DNA from: Eledone cirrhosa
Taxonomy: Eukaryota
NCBI GenBank assembly: GCA_964016885.1
Contig: OZ024742.1
Location: 367,040,001 to 367,104,000, forward strand
Direction of reading: 5' to 3'
DNA: 64,000 nt
The notes under the pieces are model-generated. The model had not been told where the DNA came from. It did not search any database and was given only the letters and a program-made list of their open reading frames with translations. Shown in pieces: positions 44,456-58,092 of this stretch. Both the position numbers and the translations under genes were made by a program. Positions within the stretch are counted from its first letter, which is position 1. Each line of letters begins with the position of its first letter.

Positions 44456-44778
44456 TTTACCCTCATCGATAACATTATTGTTGATTTCTCTGCCAAACTA
44501 TCGATTACCAGTGAATTACATTCTTCTCTAAACTTCTCAAAATATCCTCCCACCTCTCAAACAATGGGAAATACATGTAATGACGATTTATTAAGTGGAG
44601 GGGGATACAATATCACATTACAACATGTTGATGATGATGATGATGATCTATTGAGGAGGTTCGGTAATATTTTACTGGTTTCAGTCATTAGAATATGGCC
44701 ATGCTGTAGCACCACTATGATTTAGTCTATATATATATGTGCGTGTGTGTGTGTGCGTGAGAGAGAGAGAGAGAGAGA

Positions 44779-44820
<42 letters not shown>

Positions 44821-44888
44821 CGGGTTCAATCGTGTGTAACGACAGTAAGGTACTCAATACTTTAGTAAAGTGTAAACATCACGTTTAG

Positions 44889-44987
44889 TATAGGAATGCC
44901 TTCTACAGGATTAGAACTGTTTCATTCAAAAGTGCTTTCCTGATGATCTGTTTTGAATGAGTCAGTTCTAGTCCTGTAGAAGCCATG

Positions 44988-44988
<1 letters not shown>
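44889..44988. repeat. Short fold-back element; related copy at 59900-60012
   Basis: CTTCTACAGGATTAGAACTG..TCATTCAAAA / TTTTGAATGA..CAGTTCTAGTCCTGTAGAAG, with CTGATGA in the loop. Confidence 0.7.
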
Positions 44989-45014
<26 letters not shown>

Positions 45015-45019
<5 letters not shown>

Positions 45020-45295
45020 GAAAACGAAGAATCAGTGATGCATCGAAACACAATTTATTACGTATTACAATTGTTTCTCCGGCGAACAGCTCGAGGTGCG
45101 ATCTGTGGATCGAACCTGACTCTGGATTCGAAGCAAATCCTCTGACAGAGGATTTGCATCGAAATCACTAGACGTATCTGAGGAACTTGGGAATCCAGAG
45201 TCAGGTTCGATCCACAAATATATCGCACCTCGAAGGAGCATAGAGTGCTCAACTTGCATACCGCCTATAGACGCATCCAAGCAACCTTATACAAA
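45015..45295. mobile_element. Nested fold-back element carrying the two halves of a hammerhead on opposite strands
   Basis: Arms at 45091-45129 and 45191-45233, inner hairpin at 45133-45157. CGTAT-CTGAGGA on + and GAAA-CAATTG-TA-ATACG on -. Confidence 0.7.
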
Positions 45296-45366
45296 TATAT
45301 ATGTAATGCGTACAAATGCTATATGATGGAATGGTTATTAATATTATGTATTATTTCTTTTTTCAG

Positions 45367-45411
45367 AGGTATTTATTCTTGACCAAGAAGTTTACTGGTC
45401 TTATAATAAAA
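45367..45411 (+). other. Candidate 45-nt micro-exon (xVFILDQEVYWSYNK, phase 1-1)
   Basis: Polypyrimidine-TTTCAG acceptor, GTAAGT donor and an open frame in unique sequence. Confidence 0.35.
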
Positions 45412-46498
45412 GTAAGTGGGAATTTATATCATTTTTTCTGACTGACAGAACATCCAGGCATGAAATCATACCCATGTTATATTAACCTTTTATAGTTTTT
45501 ATGTAACATTTTATAAGAAAGTGATATAGTTTACTTGAAGCATTATGGAATATGAAAAGTGTGAATTTTTATGAAGCCAATATATTTCGGATAAAATATC
45601 CATTCTCAGACTGTTAGTAATTTATCTCAAATATATTGGGAATAATAAATATTACATAGATTACATATTCTCTCATTTTCCCTTCCCTTTCTTCTACTCA
45701 TTCTTACTTCTCTCCTTCCTTATCCAGCTCTGTTATATCACCATTAACAATCCCGCCTGTATTGCACCGGATGCTTCCTAAACGTCTTTATGTAACAAAG
45801 TATATCCTATATATATTGAATACTCTTTAAACTATTTTTAACAGAATGGTTCCTTCGTGTTATAACACCTTTTTCTGACTATTTGTCAGAATATATAACC
45901 TTAAAATTATGTCCATATTATATAACTTCTCTGGTATATCGTTTAGTAATATCTTATATTGTTTTTACATTGCATCCATTGTCCCGTAACTCCTGGGATA
46001 GTCGTAGGGTCACCGAGTCGATATACGGCATTTCTATGGTGTTCTTTTAAACGTAGATCAGCCCATCTCCTCTTCAGGTCGTAATACTACAGATTTCTTC
46101 CAGAGAAAGATAGAGAGTGATAGAACAGAATTGAGAAAGTGATATAGAGGACGAATCGACCCCATTATTTGACTGGTACTTATTTATAGACCTCGAATGG
46201 ATGGAAGGAAATTTTGACCCCGTTTTAACATTGTCTAACCTTTAAACTAATTATAACTGAATGTTTACTTCTATCTATCCATACCTGCTACCCTCAACAC
46301 CTTGCAATAGTTTACAAAAAAGGGAAATAAACTGAGAATGTTCATTTCTCTAAAATGAATAAAAATTAAAACATTTTGGCCTACTTGGTATCAAAAGAGT
46401 TAAACCCCTTGATTTTAACACGGCTGGAACCGGCTCTGGTTCTATGAAATAAAACCACGCATTGTAAAGGGTTCCTATTTAAATTAAGACCAATATGT

Positions 46499-46755
46499 AT
46501 GTGTGTTGTGTGTGTGTGTGACAGCTCACACCTATTCAGGTCTAGCTGGCCTCCTCCAATGTATATCTCGCTAGAGGTGTCTTGGGTGATTCAATGATAG
46601 GGGCCCCAGTCCTATCATCTCATTTCTGCAGCTGAGTAAACTGGAGCAACGTGTCTTGCTCAAGGAAACAACACATCACCCGGTCCGAGAATTGAACTCA
46701 CAACCTTTCGATTGCGAGCCCAATGCTCTAACCACTAAGCCATGCGCCTTCACAA
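46499..46755 (-). mobile_element. Second tRNA-derived SINE family with a 14-bp target-site duplication
   Basis: tRNA-like head (TGGCTTAGTGGTTAGAGC...GAGTTCAATTC), CCTTGAGCAAGACAC core and (CA)n tail. TAAGACCAATATGT at 46485-46498 and 46756-46769. Decayed copy on + at 50292-50396. Confidence 0.85.
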
Positions 46756-47110
46756 TAAGACCAATATGTGAGGTTATGTTAAAATTATTTCTTTAATCAC
46801 GAAATAATCAGTAATTTCAGTGCCTCAGAAATAAAGTCTATTTTGAAATAAAGTCTATTTTATTAGATCATGAAAGTGTTCAGACATTATATGATAAGCA
46901 CCAATTTTCGACAGTGATTGGTCACGAACCCCTATCTATCGCTTGCTGGGAGACCACTTTCCCGATTACAAGACGGAATATCTACTACAACATCATATCA
47001 AATTAGATAAAATAGGTCCACATCTTATGCGGTTCTAAAGTAATGCTGGTTTCAACATACACGATGATCGAAAAATATTTATAAAAGATTTTAAATCGCT
47101 GTAAAACATT

Positions 47111-47212
47111 TAACGTCCTGTTCCACATGAAGCTGTATAACCGAAACGTCCTGTTTCACATGAAGTTGTATCACCTAACGCCCTTTTCCACATGAAGCCG
47201 TGTCACCTAATG
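47111..47212. repeat. 33-bp tandem repeat x3
   Basis: AACGTCCTGTTCCACATGAAGCTGTATAACCGA variants. Confidence 0.8.
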
Positions 47213-47362
47213 TAAGGAAGTAAACATCAACATCGGCTGCTATCATACATTCCCCCAGACCTTTCTCAATCTCAAAACAACCTGACATTGCAGCTTCTCC
47301 AAAATATCGATGTACAAACTCCCTTTTATATAAGAGACCTGAATGAACACAGTTTTATTTAA

Positions 47363-47550
47363 TAATTGTTTCTACTTTTGGCACAAGGCCAGCAATTACC
47401 CAGTACATTACTGGTACTTTATTTTATCGACCCCGTAAGGATGAAAGGCAAATTTAACTTCGACGGGATTTGAACTTAGATCATAAAGGGACGTAACTCT
47501 ATGCTTCAAAGCATGGTGTCCGACTCTCTACCGATACTGCCAATCCACCA
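47363..47550 (-). mobile_element. tRNA-derived SINE; further copies at 47711-47922, 52996-53185, 58855-59030 (-) and 63878-64000 (+)
   Basis: Family motif as at 34750. Confidence 0.85.
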
Positions 47551-48535
47551 ATAATACGTATAAAACGGGAGTCATAGTGTTTTGTTAATGATATTTCACC
47601 AGTTTTATAGTTGATCTCCACATAAATTATTATATATCTCTAGCAGGAGAACCTCATCTACTGATGACCAGCATTGTGATGTGGTGTCCAGCATCCTGTT
47701 CGCCTAATATAATTGTTTCTGATTTAGGCACAAGGTGAACAATTTTGGGGGAGGGTAAATTCGATTAAATCGACCTCAGGGCGTTATTGGTGCTTATCAT
47801 ATAATAACCCCTCAAGGATTAAAGGCAAAGTTAAACTCAGGGGGATTTGAACTCAGAACGTAAAGGGCTGTAACTCTGTGCCACAAAGGATTTTGTCCGA
47901 TGCTCTACCGATACTGCTAATACCGTTCGTGAAATATGAAATATGACACCAATAAAACAAATTATTTATAAAGAGCTAAACATTTATATAAAGTATGAAA
48001 TGAAATGGACCTCCATCGTTTACAATGATGAGTGTTCCAGTTGTTCGATCAACAGAACATCCTGCTCAAGAAATTACCGTTCAAGTGGCTGAGCATTCCA
48101 CATACAAGTGTCACCTTAACGTAATTCTCCGATTAATTCAGTATAGCAATATATGTGACATGAGTTACAAATACACTCCATCCTGCGAACAGCCACACAG
48201 TTTTCTCTAGATCTATTTTCTGTGACAAGGTTTGAGTCAACCCAGTGATAGGGTCAATGATATTTAATACGCCACACATTGAACACGGAACCTTATGATT
48301 GTGAAACGAGCTTATTAACCATTCAATATTCCACTATGTAAAGTATCTTAGACGTTATAAGTATTTATTTCAGACAGTCAGAAAAAAATTGATCATGTGA
48401 CATCTGTGATCCTGTTTCATGTCTTTTCTAGCAGTTCTCATTGATGTTAACTGAAATAATAATTAGCTTATGTGTTAGAATCATTTTATTTCGATTACAT
48501 TATCCTAAAGTCGTTGGCGCAGGACTGCAGGACTG

Positions 48536-48797
48536 CAGGACCGGATTTAATGAGGGCGGAATGGACAATTGCCCCGGGTCCTCTGCAGAAGAAGCCCCAC
48601 AAGCAACGGCCGTAACAATTTATTTCTGCACTCAGCTGGGTTTATAGTTTTAGTATAGTTAGAGATTTTGAATATAATACCTGTATGTATAACTTGTGAA
48701 GCCCAAGCTAACTTTTGCTGTGTATTCTTATTGTTTGTATATGAGATGCCCCCAAACTTAAAATACCCCGGGCCCCCAAGGTCTAAATCTAAACCTG
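48536..48797. mobile_element. MITE (hAT-like) inserted in a SINE head
   Basis: Imperfect TIRs CAGGACCGGATTTA / TAAATCTAAACCTG, with flanking 8-mers CAGGACTG / CAGGCATG. Confidence 0.55.
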
Positions 48798-48954
48798 CAG
48801 GCATGGCTGTATAGTTAAAGAAATGTGGTTTCTGATTCACTCTCAGAGCATGGCACCCCAGGACGACCAAAGCTCCATAAGGGAAATATAGTCGATAGAA
48901 ACTATACGGAAGCTTTTCATAAGAAACAATACATTTTTATTTTTGGACAGTTGA

Positions 48955-49190
48955 TTTAATATGTGAGATTGGTTGGTCTCGGATCCAACCGGATCAGTTG
49001 GAGACGGTTGCTTCTAACAAGACCTGCTGAAAGGGGGTGTTTGAGGACTCTACCCTCACAGGCCTCTCATAAATAAGCGGGCAAAGAAGGAGACGGAGAA
49101 GGAGGAGGGGGAGGGGGAAGGGGAGGAGAAGAAGAAGAAGAAGAAGAAGAAGAAGAAGAAGAAGGAGGAGGAGGAGGGGGAGGAGGAGGA
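48955..49190 (+). mobile_element. RTE-like LINE 3' end with a (GAA)n tail, decayed
   Basis: Similar to the reverse complement of 55055-55270. Confidence 0.6.
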
Positions 49191-49499
49191 GAATTAATAT
49201 GCCACTCAGTTTAACACCGCTACCCCCACCTGGTAGTTGAGTGGCTTTAACTGAATCCATTTCAAGTATGGAGGATAGTTCTCTATTATGAGAGTGAGAG
49301 CTTCCCATATTGTGGTGTTTAACTTAATGTTCACTGTTGGCTCATCTCTGTCATTGTTATGGAGATAAGAAATATAATTAGGATAGAAATATGCTAGACA
49401 CTATAGATCAACTGTAAAGTGATGCCACTGGTACAATAATGGGCGGAAACTGTTCGGTAGACAACAGAAAGCAGGTAGAAATCCAACGGATATAAATAT

Positions 49500-49546
<47 letters not shown>

Positions 49547-49735
49547 TAAACACACACACACACAGATATATATGTATATATATGTACATGCACCTGGACA
49601 CACACACGCGTACACTCTCACACACATACACACATACACACACACATACACACACAGACACACATATATATATATATATACATGTACATGCACCTGGACA
49701 CACACACGCGCACACACACACACATACACACACAT

Positions 49736-49783
<48 letters not shown>

Positions 49784-49801
49784 ACATACACACACATATA
49801 C

Positions 49802-49843
<42 letters not shown>

Positions 49844-50685
49844 GCAAGCACACACACACACACACACATATATACACACACGTATACCCAGTCACATGTA
49901 GACTGCTCTGCGGTTTTGCCATTATTGAGATTTCATATCATCAATCGTTTTAAACTCAGTCAAACACAAAATTCCTCTTTTATTTCCAAGTCAGAATTTC
50001 AAAGAAGTTTAACCAAAATCTAAAAAAAAGCATCGAATGAGAAAAAATAAAAACAATAACTAAATAAATGTGAAAGAAAAAGAAAAGACGTAGTAGAAGA
50101 AGAAAACAAAGACATTTCTTTTATCGATTATGTAAAAAAAACATTCAGTTTAAATGAATATCGATTTAACAAATAACGTTGCGACATTTTACTATGTTTC
50201 GTGGTGAAAATTTTATTGCAAAAAGATTGTGAGTTTGGCAGAGAGCTGACTAGAATATTAGGTTGTTACTGATTTCTAGTTTATTGCTTGAGAAGGTGCA
50301 TGGCTTCATGTTTAGGGTAGTGGGTTCAGGTTCTCGGGTGACATGTGGCCTTGAGCAAGAAATTATATTTTAAGTTGATCCAGTCCACTCAGCTGAAGAA
50401 AAAAAAAAAAAGGATTAAGCCCAGAAGATGACAGGTACTTTATTCACATCAGAAATATTGAGAACACAGCCTAGTAGATGACAGTTTAGTGGTCGTGGTA
50501 GTAGTGGGAAATGACCCCAGTATATTAGAGGTACTCAACCAAACAGAAAGGAGATTCGACTTCAATAGATGTTAGGTAGTTTATTGAAAGCAGTGATAGA
50601 TTCTACTTCAGTGAGCGACCGATAGTTTATTTTAAAAGTTATATAATGGAGGGAAGGGGGGGGGGGTAGTATTTTGGATATGGAG

Positions 50686-50985
50686 GTAGTTCTTACCCTG
50701 TAGCCTATAATTCTTACCATGTACCCAGTAGTTCTTACCCTGTACCCCGTACCCTATAATTCTTACCCTGTACCCTGTAACTCTTACCCAGTACCCTATA
50801 ATTCTTACCCTGTACCCTGTAGTTCTTACCCTGTACCCTGTAATTCTTACCCTGTACCCTGTAACTCTTACCCTGTAATTCTTACCATGTACCCTATAAT
50901 TCTTACCCTGTACCTCTAATTCTTACCCTGTCTCCTGTAATTCTCACCCTGTACACTGTAGTTCTTACCCTGTATCCTGTAACCC
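50686..50985. repeat. 21-bp minisatellite TAATTCTTACCCTGTACCCTG
   Basis: About 14 tandem units. Confidence 0.9.
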
Positions 50986-51380
50986 TTCGACCTGTCCCAG
51001 AATTCACCACACCCTCCAGAGTTTGGGAAAGATGACCACCAAATGCTGTTCTTCACCACTTGTTTTATACAAACACACACACATCTGTTTATAGATATAT
51101 GTATATGTGTGTATATGAAGATATCTCTAGGTATTTGTATATGTGTATATATATATATGTGTGTGTGCGTGTTTTGTGTGTGTATGTGCATGTATGTGTG
51201 TGTGTGTGTGTATAATAAAGGAGTGAGACTAACACAGATCGGCTTTACAGTAGGGTTTATTCCAAGTATTAACAAATGTTTCATTGGCCCCGTGTATTTA
51301 GAACCGCTACCCACAGTGTGCCGCCACACATGGATTGCCTTAATACCTCGTTAACTTTATATATATATATATATATATAT

Positions 51381-51489
51381 ATTTCGTTTCTGAATTTGTT
51401 TAGCAAGATTCTTTATCTGAAATCGTGTATTGAAGTGAAAGCAACTGGTGCGTGTGTTTCTTATTGGCAACATGACCCTCCCAAAGTAT

Positions 51490-51497
<8 letters not shown>
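51381..51497. mobile_element. Micro-copy of the PLE terminus (inverted tail joined to the sense 3' end) in (TA)n
   Basis: Matches 21926-21955 (inverted) and the reverse complement of 17810-17876. Confidence 0.8.
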
Positions 51498-51583
<86 letters not shown>

Positions 51584-51832
51584 GCATGTATATATATATA
51601 TTCGTCTTCCTGTCTTCCTCCGGTTGCAACGTTTTTTGAAATATTCACTTCTGTGTTTACAGATTGACTTTGTTAGTTTCAGAAGATCCCGTTAAGGGTG
51701 AAAGCAGCGATTCTTTGCTTAAACTTTAATCTGTTATTTTAATAAATATTTGCTCTATGGTTCTTATATATTTGATATATGTTTATCCTTATCGAGCCCT
51801 CTTTGGATTTTAGTCTTCAAATTTATTATTAT

Positions 51833-51877
<45 letters not shown>

Positions 51878-51880
<3 letters not shown>

Positions 51881-52250
51881 CGTTTCTGAATTTGTTTAGC
51901 AAGATTCTTTATCTGAAATCGTGTGTTGAAACCGATATTGTTATACTTTGGGAGGGTCATGTTGCCAATAAGAAACACACGCACCAGTTGCTTTCACTTC
52001 AATTTATTATATATTTATAAATTTATAAATTTACAAATCTACAAACTTATAAATTTCTGGTTGGTTGGTTGGTTCCACAACCAGATAGTTGTTTATATAA
52101 ACAACTATCTGGTTGTGGAACCAACCAACCAACCAGAAATTTATAAGTTTGTAGATTTGTAAATTTATAAATTTATAAATATATAATAAATTGAAGTGAA
52201 AGCAACTGGTGCGTGTGTTTCTTATTGGCAACATGACCCTTTCAAAGTAT

Positions 52251-52258
<8 letters not shown>
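51878..52258. mobile_element. Spacerless palindrome of the PLE 3' pLTR end (162-bp arms, centre 52096/52097) plus tail
   Basis: 51935-52096 is the near-exact reverse complement of 52097-52258 and is homologous to 17810-17966. Confidence 0.92.
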
Positions 52259-52315
<57 letters not shown>

Positions 52316-52433
52316 TGTTCATGTGTGTTTGTGTGTGTGTGTACATGTGTCTGTGTGTATATATATACATATATAAATGTACATATGTGAGTGTATATAC
52401 ATATATGTATGAACATATATATGTGTGTGGGTG

Positions 52434-52467
<34 letters not shown>

Positions 52468-55054
52468 TAGAGGGGGAGGGAGAGACAGAGAGAGACTTAT
52501 ATATAAATTTATTTTAAATCGAAACATTCTCCCTCCCCACATCTTACCCCACCATAACAGAACAAAAACAACTTTTCCTTCCCTTACTTCACGATGTTGT
52601 GGTATCTAAATAGCTAAACAGCTAACCCCCCCCCTATATAACCACTCCACCGCTCCGTTCCATCCCACACCCATCCCTCCACGTAGGTGACACGCCTCAT
52701 TGCTTCCGTGTTCCTCTTGATTTCACGTATCCATCAGTAATCAAATGCAATTTAGCAGGGAGTGAAAATAAAAACAATAACAACAATAATAACAAATCAC
52801 CCCTCCCCCCTCGGATCACCCTCCCCTCTCGGACCCCCCTCCCCCAAAATAGCATCAACTCCCAATTGTATCTGTTGGATTAATTTGTACCGAATTCATT
52901 CATTTCTCATTAATGAAATTGAAGGTTGTTGGACTGCTGGATTAAAATGACATGTTCACACGATATACATAGCCACACACATATGTGGCTATGTATAATT
53001 GTTTCTACTTTTGGCACAAGGCCAGCAATAACCCAATACATGACTGGTACTTTATTTTATCGACCCCGTAAGGATGAAAGGCAAAGTTAACCTCGGCAGG
53101 ATTTGAACTCAGAATGGAAAGGGCCGTAACTCTATGCGTCAAAGCATGGCGTCCGACCCTCTACCGATACTGCCAATCCACCGTATAATGATGTATAATC
53201 TTGTGTGAGTGTATAGTTATATCAGTGTGTGTGTCTGTCTTTATCTGTCTTTCCGTGTACTCGTGTATGCATTCATGTGTGCAGGAATTAATGTGTGTAT
53301 GAATTAATGTTCCTTCCCATGATTATATATTTGTACTTGTATAGATTTACGTACATGTGTAACTATAAATGTATATATGTGTGTAGGCATACAAGTTCAT
53401 ATAAAGGTGTGTTTATGTGTGTGTGCACGCGAATGTGTGTGTGTGTACGTATTTATATTGCAATATATTCACATGTGTACGTATGCATACATAAATATAT
53501 ATTTGTGTGTAACTATTTGTGTGTATATATTCTTAAATGTATGCATTCATATCTATATGTAGTCAGACGTTTGTGTAATCATAGATGTATATATTCATGT
53601 GTATTATTCATGTATGTATATACATTCATGTTTATATATACATATGTATGTATATATATATATATATATATATACATATATATCATATATATATATATAT
53701 ATCATATATATATACATATATATCATATATATATATATCATATATATATACATATATATATATATATATTCCTATTTTTCTGTATTCATGTGTTTCTCTA
53801 TTCACTCATGTATATATCCACGCTGATATATTCATATAACAGTACATATCCTATATATTCATGTATGTATTCAAACATATGTAGATATTTCTGTACACAT
53901 ACGTACATATATACATATTCACACAGTAATAGTGTTACACTGATTCCTTTACACACTTACACACTCTCATGATATTCACTCACACACACGTTATAGTGAT
54001 ATACACAAACTACACACATACAGATACACACTTAAATATTTGTACACAATTTCAACGTCACATACACCGTATAAATACACACATACACATCCACACACAT
54101 ATACACACCCATAGACCTAAAGAGGTACAGATAGAAAGGTTCAGAGAGGAGTTGTCACAGGTTGTACCTCAACCACACACAAACCAGCGCAACTGATAGA
54201 CCCAGATACTCTGCCAACATTATTGCATATACACACTCATACAAACAACTAGATCCCCACACTTTACCCCCTCCCCATGACCCACTACCAGGACCTTTTT
54301 TCCTAACCTTCCCTAACGTCTCCCTCATTGTCACTCCTTTCTTGACGAAGTACTAACGTCCGATACGTTCAACACACTTCTGTTTTCCCTGTCATATAAG
54401 CGACGACCCAATAAAACTTTTCATAGCTGCTTTCCATGATAGCTTTACTGCTTTTCATACTTAACCCTGCACAGTATTCGTATATATATATATACATATG
54501 TGTGTGTGTGTGTATGTCGTCTCTCATGTTAAGTATAAGCATGTTTGTATACACAGATAAATATTATATATAAGAAATCGAACAACCATCCGTTCACAGC
54601 TCTACACATATCGAGGCACACCCACCCACACAGACACACGTTATGATTTGTGCCTCCGTCGGTTCAGGCGATGAGTGTTAAAATTGATGCAAGCAAGGAA
54701 GAAGTCATAAAATAAGTGTACATTTGTTTTGGTTCTTTGTCATCTGTGTCCTAATCCAGCTGTGACAGTGATTGACGTATTTCTTGAAGACAACTCTGTG
54801 ACATTTGGATACCTACGGTGGAGCTCTTTCTGTTGTATAATTCTGTAAATTCAAAGTGACACAAAGGTGGACACGGGCAGCCCTCTGTATTACAGAACAA
54901 ATTGTTATTTTCTCCAGCTTAATAGACTGGAACAATGAGATAGGAAGTATCTGGTTAAATGACACACCGTAGTACCGGAAGTTTAATTGATGGTGGTGAA
55001 CCACATACCCTAAATATTAAGATACCTACCTTCACACCTTATATGATACACTGG

Positions 55055-55270
55055 CTTCTTCTTCTTCTTCTTCTTCTTCGCCCACATATTTCTGAGAGAG
55101 TCGAGGGACAGAGTCCTCAAACACTCCTTCCAGCTGGTCCTGTCAGAAACAACCACTTCCAACTGATCCAGGGGGGATCGCCAAGCGAGACCATCCAAGC
55201 TCGTGGATGTTATTCATCCACCTTGCTCGGGGTCTACCCCTGGGTCTCCTGCCAGTTGGTTTTACCCGTA
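55055..55270 (-). mobile_element. RTE-clade LINE 3' fragment with a (GAA)n tail
   Basis: Translates approximately as KPTGRRPRGRPRARWMNNI...VSDRTSWKECL, a typical RTE C-terminus. Confidence 0.75.
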
Positions 55271-55485
55271 AATTATGTCCTACAATTCTTTCCTAACTGT
55301 CTTTATAAGCTAAAGATTTATCTCAGACAGAGCTGTAAACAGATATATTCAGGTAATTTCAAACGTGACGTGAAGGAAATTACTATATTTCTGCTTATTT
55401 CCTGCATATATTGATGCTGAAGGGCTTAATTTAATGATTATATGATAACAACATAATTATCATCATCAGTATTTCAACCGATATA

Positions 55486-55540
<55 letters not shown>

Positions 55541-55909
55541 TATGTATGTGTTTGTATATACATGTATGTGTATATAGATATATATATATGTATATATATA
55601 TATATGTACATACATTTACATATATATATTACATAATCACATTAATTTATTTCATATATTTAATTTAAATCGAAATCATATTTTCGGAAGTGTAGATTGT
55701 TTTGGTGCATGGAATATAATTAGTAAATATTTGTTTGAATTCAACAATAGTTTAATTACCGGTGGCTATCAATATATTAGAAAGGGTGATTGGAAGATTT
55801 TCAATGTATTTGTACAAGGATATTATGAGTGAGGAATCGTTGCTAGCGTCAACTTGTAATATATTAAACATGACAGTAATCTATAATATTTTGAAATGAG
55901 ATAGTATGT

Positions 55910-56528
55910 TATCTCGGGCCCCAAAGGATAGGAGGATGAGTAACTGGCGGGGTGCAATAACCGGGGGAGGGGGAGGTAAGCGGGGGCTCGGGAAATCAGT
56001 AATTTTTCTAGCTTGTCTCTGTTGATGTTTTAAAAACCAGAATTAGTTGTTTAGTTTACATATTGAGATCCCAACGCGTCCTATATATTTTATAACGTAT
56101 GGGATTTCTATTATGGTACGTTGTTTACCATGTATAATGTCTGTTTAATGTATAAAGAAAATTAATTGTCGTCCACGAATGCTGCCACTTAAAATTAATA
56201 GTTTCAGGAATGCTGCCACTTAAAATTAAGTTGCAGGAATGCTGCCACTTAAAATTAATAGTTGCAGGAATACTGCCACTTAAAATTAATAGTTGCAGGA
56301 ATGCTGCCACTTAAAATTAATAGTTTCAGGAATGCTGCCACTTAAAATTAAGTTTCAGGAATGCTGCCACTTAAAATTAATAGTTGCAGGAATGCTGCCA
56401 CTTAAAGCCGGAGATAGATTAGCAAATTTTAATAAACGGTGTAGAGGCTGGAATATGAGCGGAGGGGTGTGGAAAAAATCTGAAAAATTAATAAGTGTTG
56501 GTGATGATTATTCAAGACCCGAGAATAT
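55910..56528. mobile_element. MITE-like element with an internal 28-31-bp tandem repeat (56177-56406)
   Basis: Imperfect TIR TATCTCGGGCC / GACCCGAGAATA; GAATGCTGCCACTTAAAATTAATAGTTGCAG about x8. Confidence 0.55.
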
Positions 56529-57275
56529 GGTTCTATCTTTATGGTGGATTCAGCATGACCAAATTGACAAATTCAATTTGCAATCAATAGGTCCTGCGTT
56601 CAACACCAATGTGCTGCATTCTAGACAAAGGTTATTTACCATATCCCCGGGTAAACCTAAGCCTTGGGGTTGACATTTCGTAGATTGAAACTGTTTGGAA
56701 GTCTGTCAGAAGGATCTGATTTGTATTTCAAAGAGACAGCCATATATCACACAGCATCACACCGAATCTCCCTTAGAATTACGCTACACGTGTCAGTGAA
56801 ATTCTCAGCTACGTAGCTGTTAATGTCATGAACAGGCTGTTCAGTTGTTTGGACAATTAGAACACTCATCGTCGAAATTGACGTATGTCCATTCTATTCC
56901 TATCTTCATTAGCAACATATATATATATAGAGAGACATTTATATATATATGTATGTATGTATGTGTATATATATATATATATATATATACATATATGGTT
57001 AAGAGAGTGGGACTGGCTTTGTGCAGTGCCTTTGCTGACTATAAAAGCTTCACAGCACAGGCATTGCTTTATATCTGGAGATCTCTCTGCGCTTGTCGTC
57101 ACATGGTACCATGGGCCCAGCACTATGTGTCAATAATTGTCACAGGTGTAGTGTTTGTACCAGAGTTTTCAAGTCGCTGGCTGGACTAAAAAGTCACACT
57201 CGTTCAGCGCATCGGTAGGGGTTCTCCTACATGGAGATAAAGTAGTGGCCGTACTCGAAAATGAGTTGGCAGCCA

Positions 57276-57351
<76 letters not shown>

Positions 57352-57552
57352 TGTGAATGTTATTTAAAGACATATGAAGTAGTTCTGTTTACACCCAGGA
57401 AACGATGTTGTAATGATTAAATAATTGAACACGTCAATCTGAATATTCACACTTTCCACACCGTGTTTATTGCTCTTTTCTTTTGTCTGTATCTACGCTT
57501 ATATACAATTACACATACCTACAAATACATATATGTATTTGTATATACATAC

Positions 57553-57613
<61 letters not shown>

Positions 57614-57730
57614 CTGATTTATATATATGCGTGTGTATGTGTATACTTATATATAGATGCGCATATATATACATATACCAATACATGCATACATACATAT
57701 ATATACACAGACACACATATAAATATATAA

Positions 57731-57791
<61 letters not shown>

Positions 57792-58041
57792 TATATAATT
57801 AAAACAGCAGACAGAAACGGGATAGACAAAGAATTTATTGTCCTAAACAAATCATATAAATTAAGTTAAGAAAAGAGAGAAACAATACCACTGACAGTTA
57901 TGATATAAATGTTTATTTAAGTGTGAATAGCAAACTCCAGCCATTTATCTTTATAGCAGAAATACAATGAAACATTGTAGATGTATCAAAACATTCTGGA
58001 CAACCATCTTGTAGTCTAATTGCTATAATTGATATACTTAC

Positions 58042-58092
58042 AATGAAACGGTATACATTGATTGGACTGTGGCTTTCTTGGTGTAAGTCAAC
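58042..58092 (-). other. Candidate 51-nt exon (VDLHQESHSPINVYRFI if phase 0)
   Basis: Polypyrimidine tract ending in GAAG and a GTAAGT donor on the - strand. Confidence 0.3.

Noticed and set aside
38853-44472. 1789-aa Asn/Thr/Gln/His ORF and Leu/Val/Gly ORFs
   Set aside because: The (GTT/GGT)n array is open in several frames and shifts frame internally; no coding evidence.
56995-57280. Non-repetitive insert within (TA)n
   Set aside because: Possibly a retroelement 3' fragment, but no diagnostic motif, hairpin or ribozyme core was seen, so no call is made.
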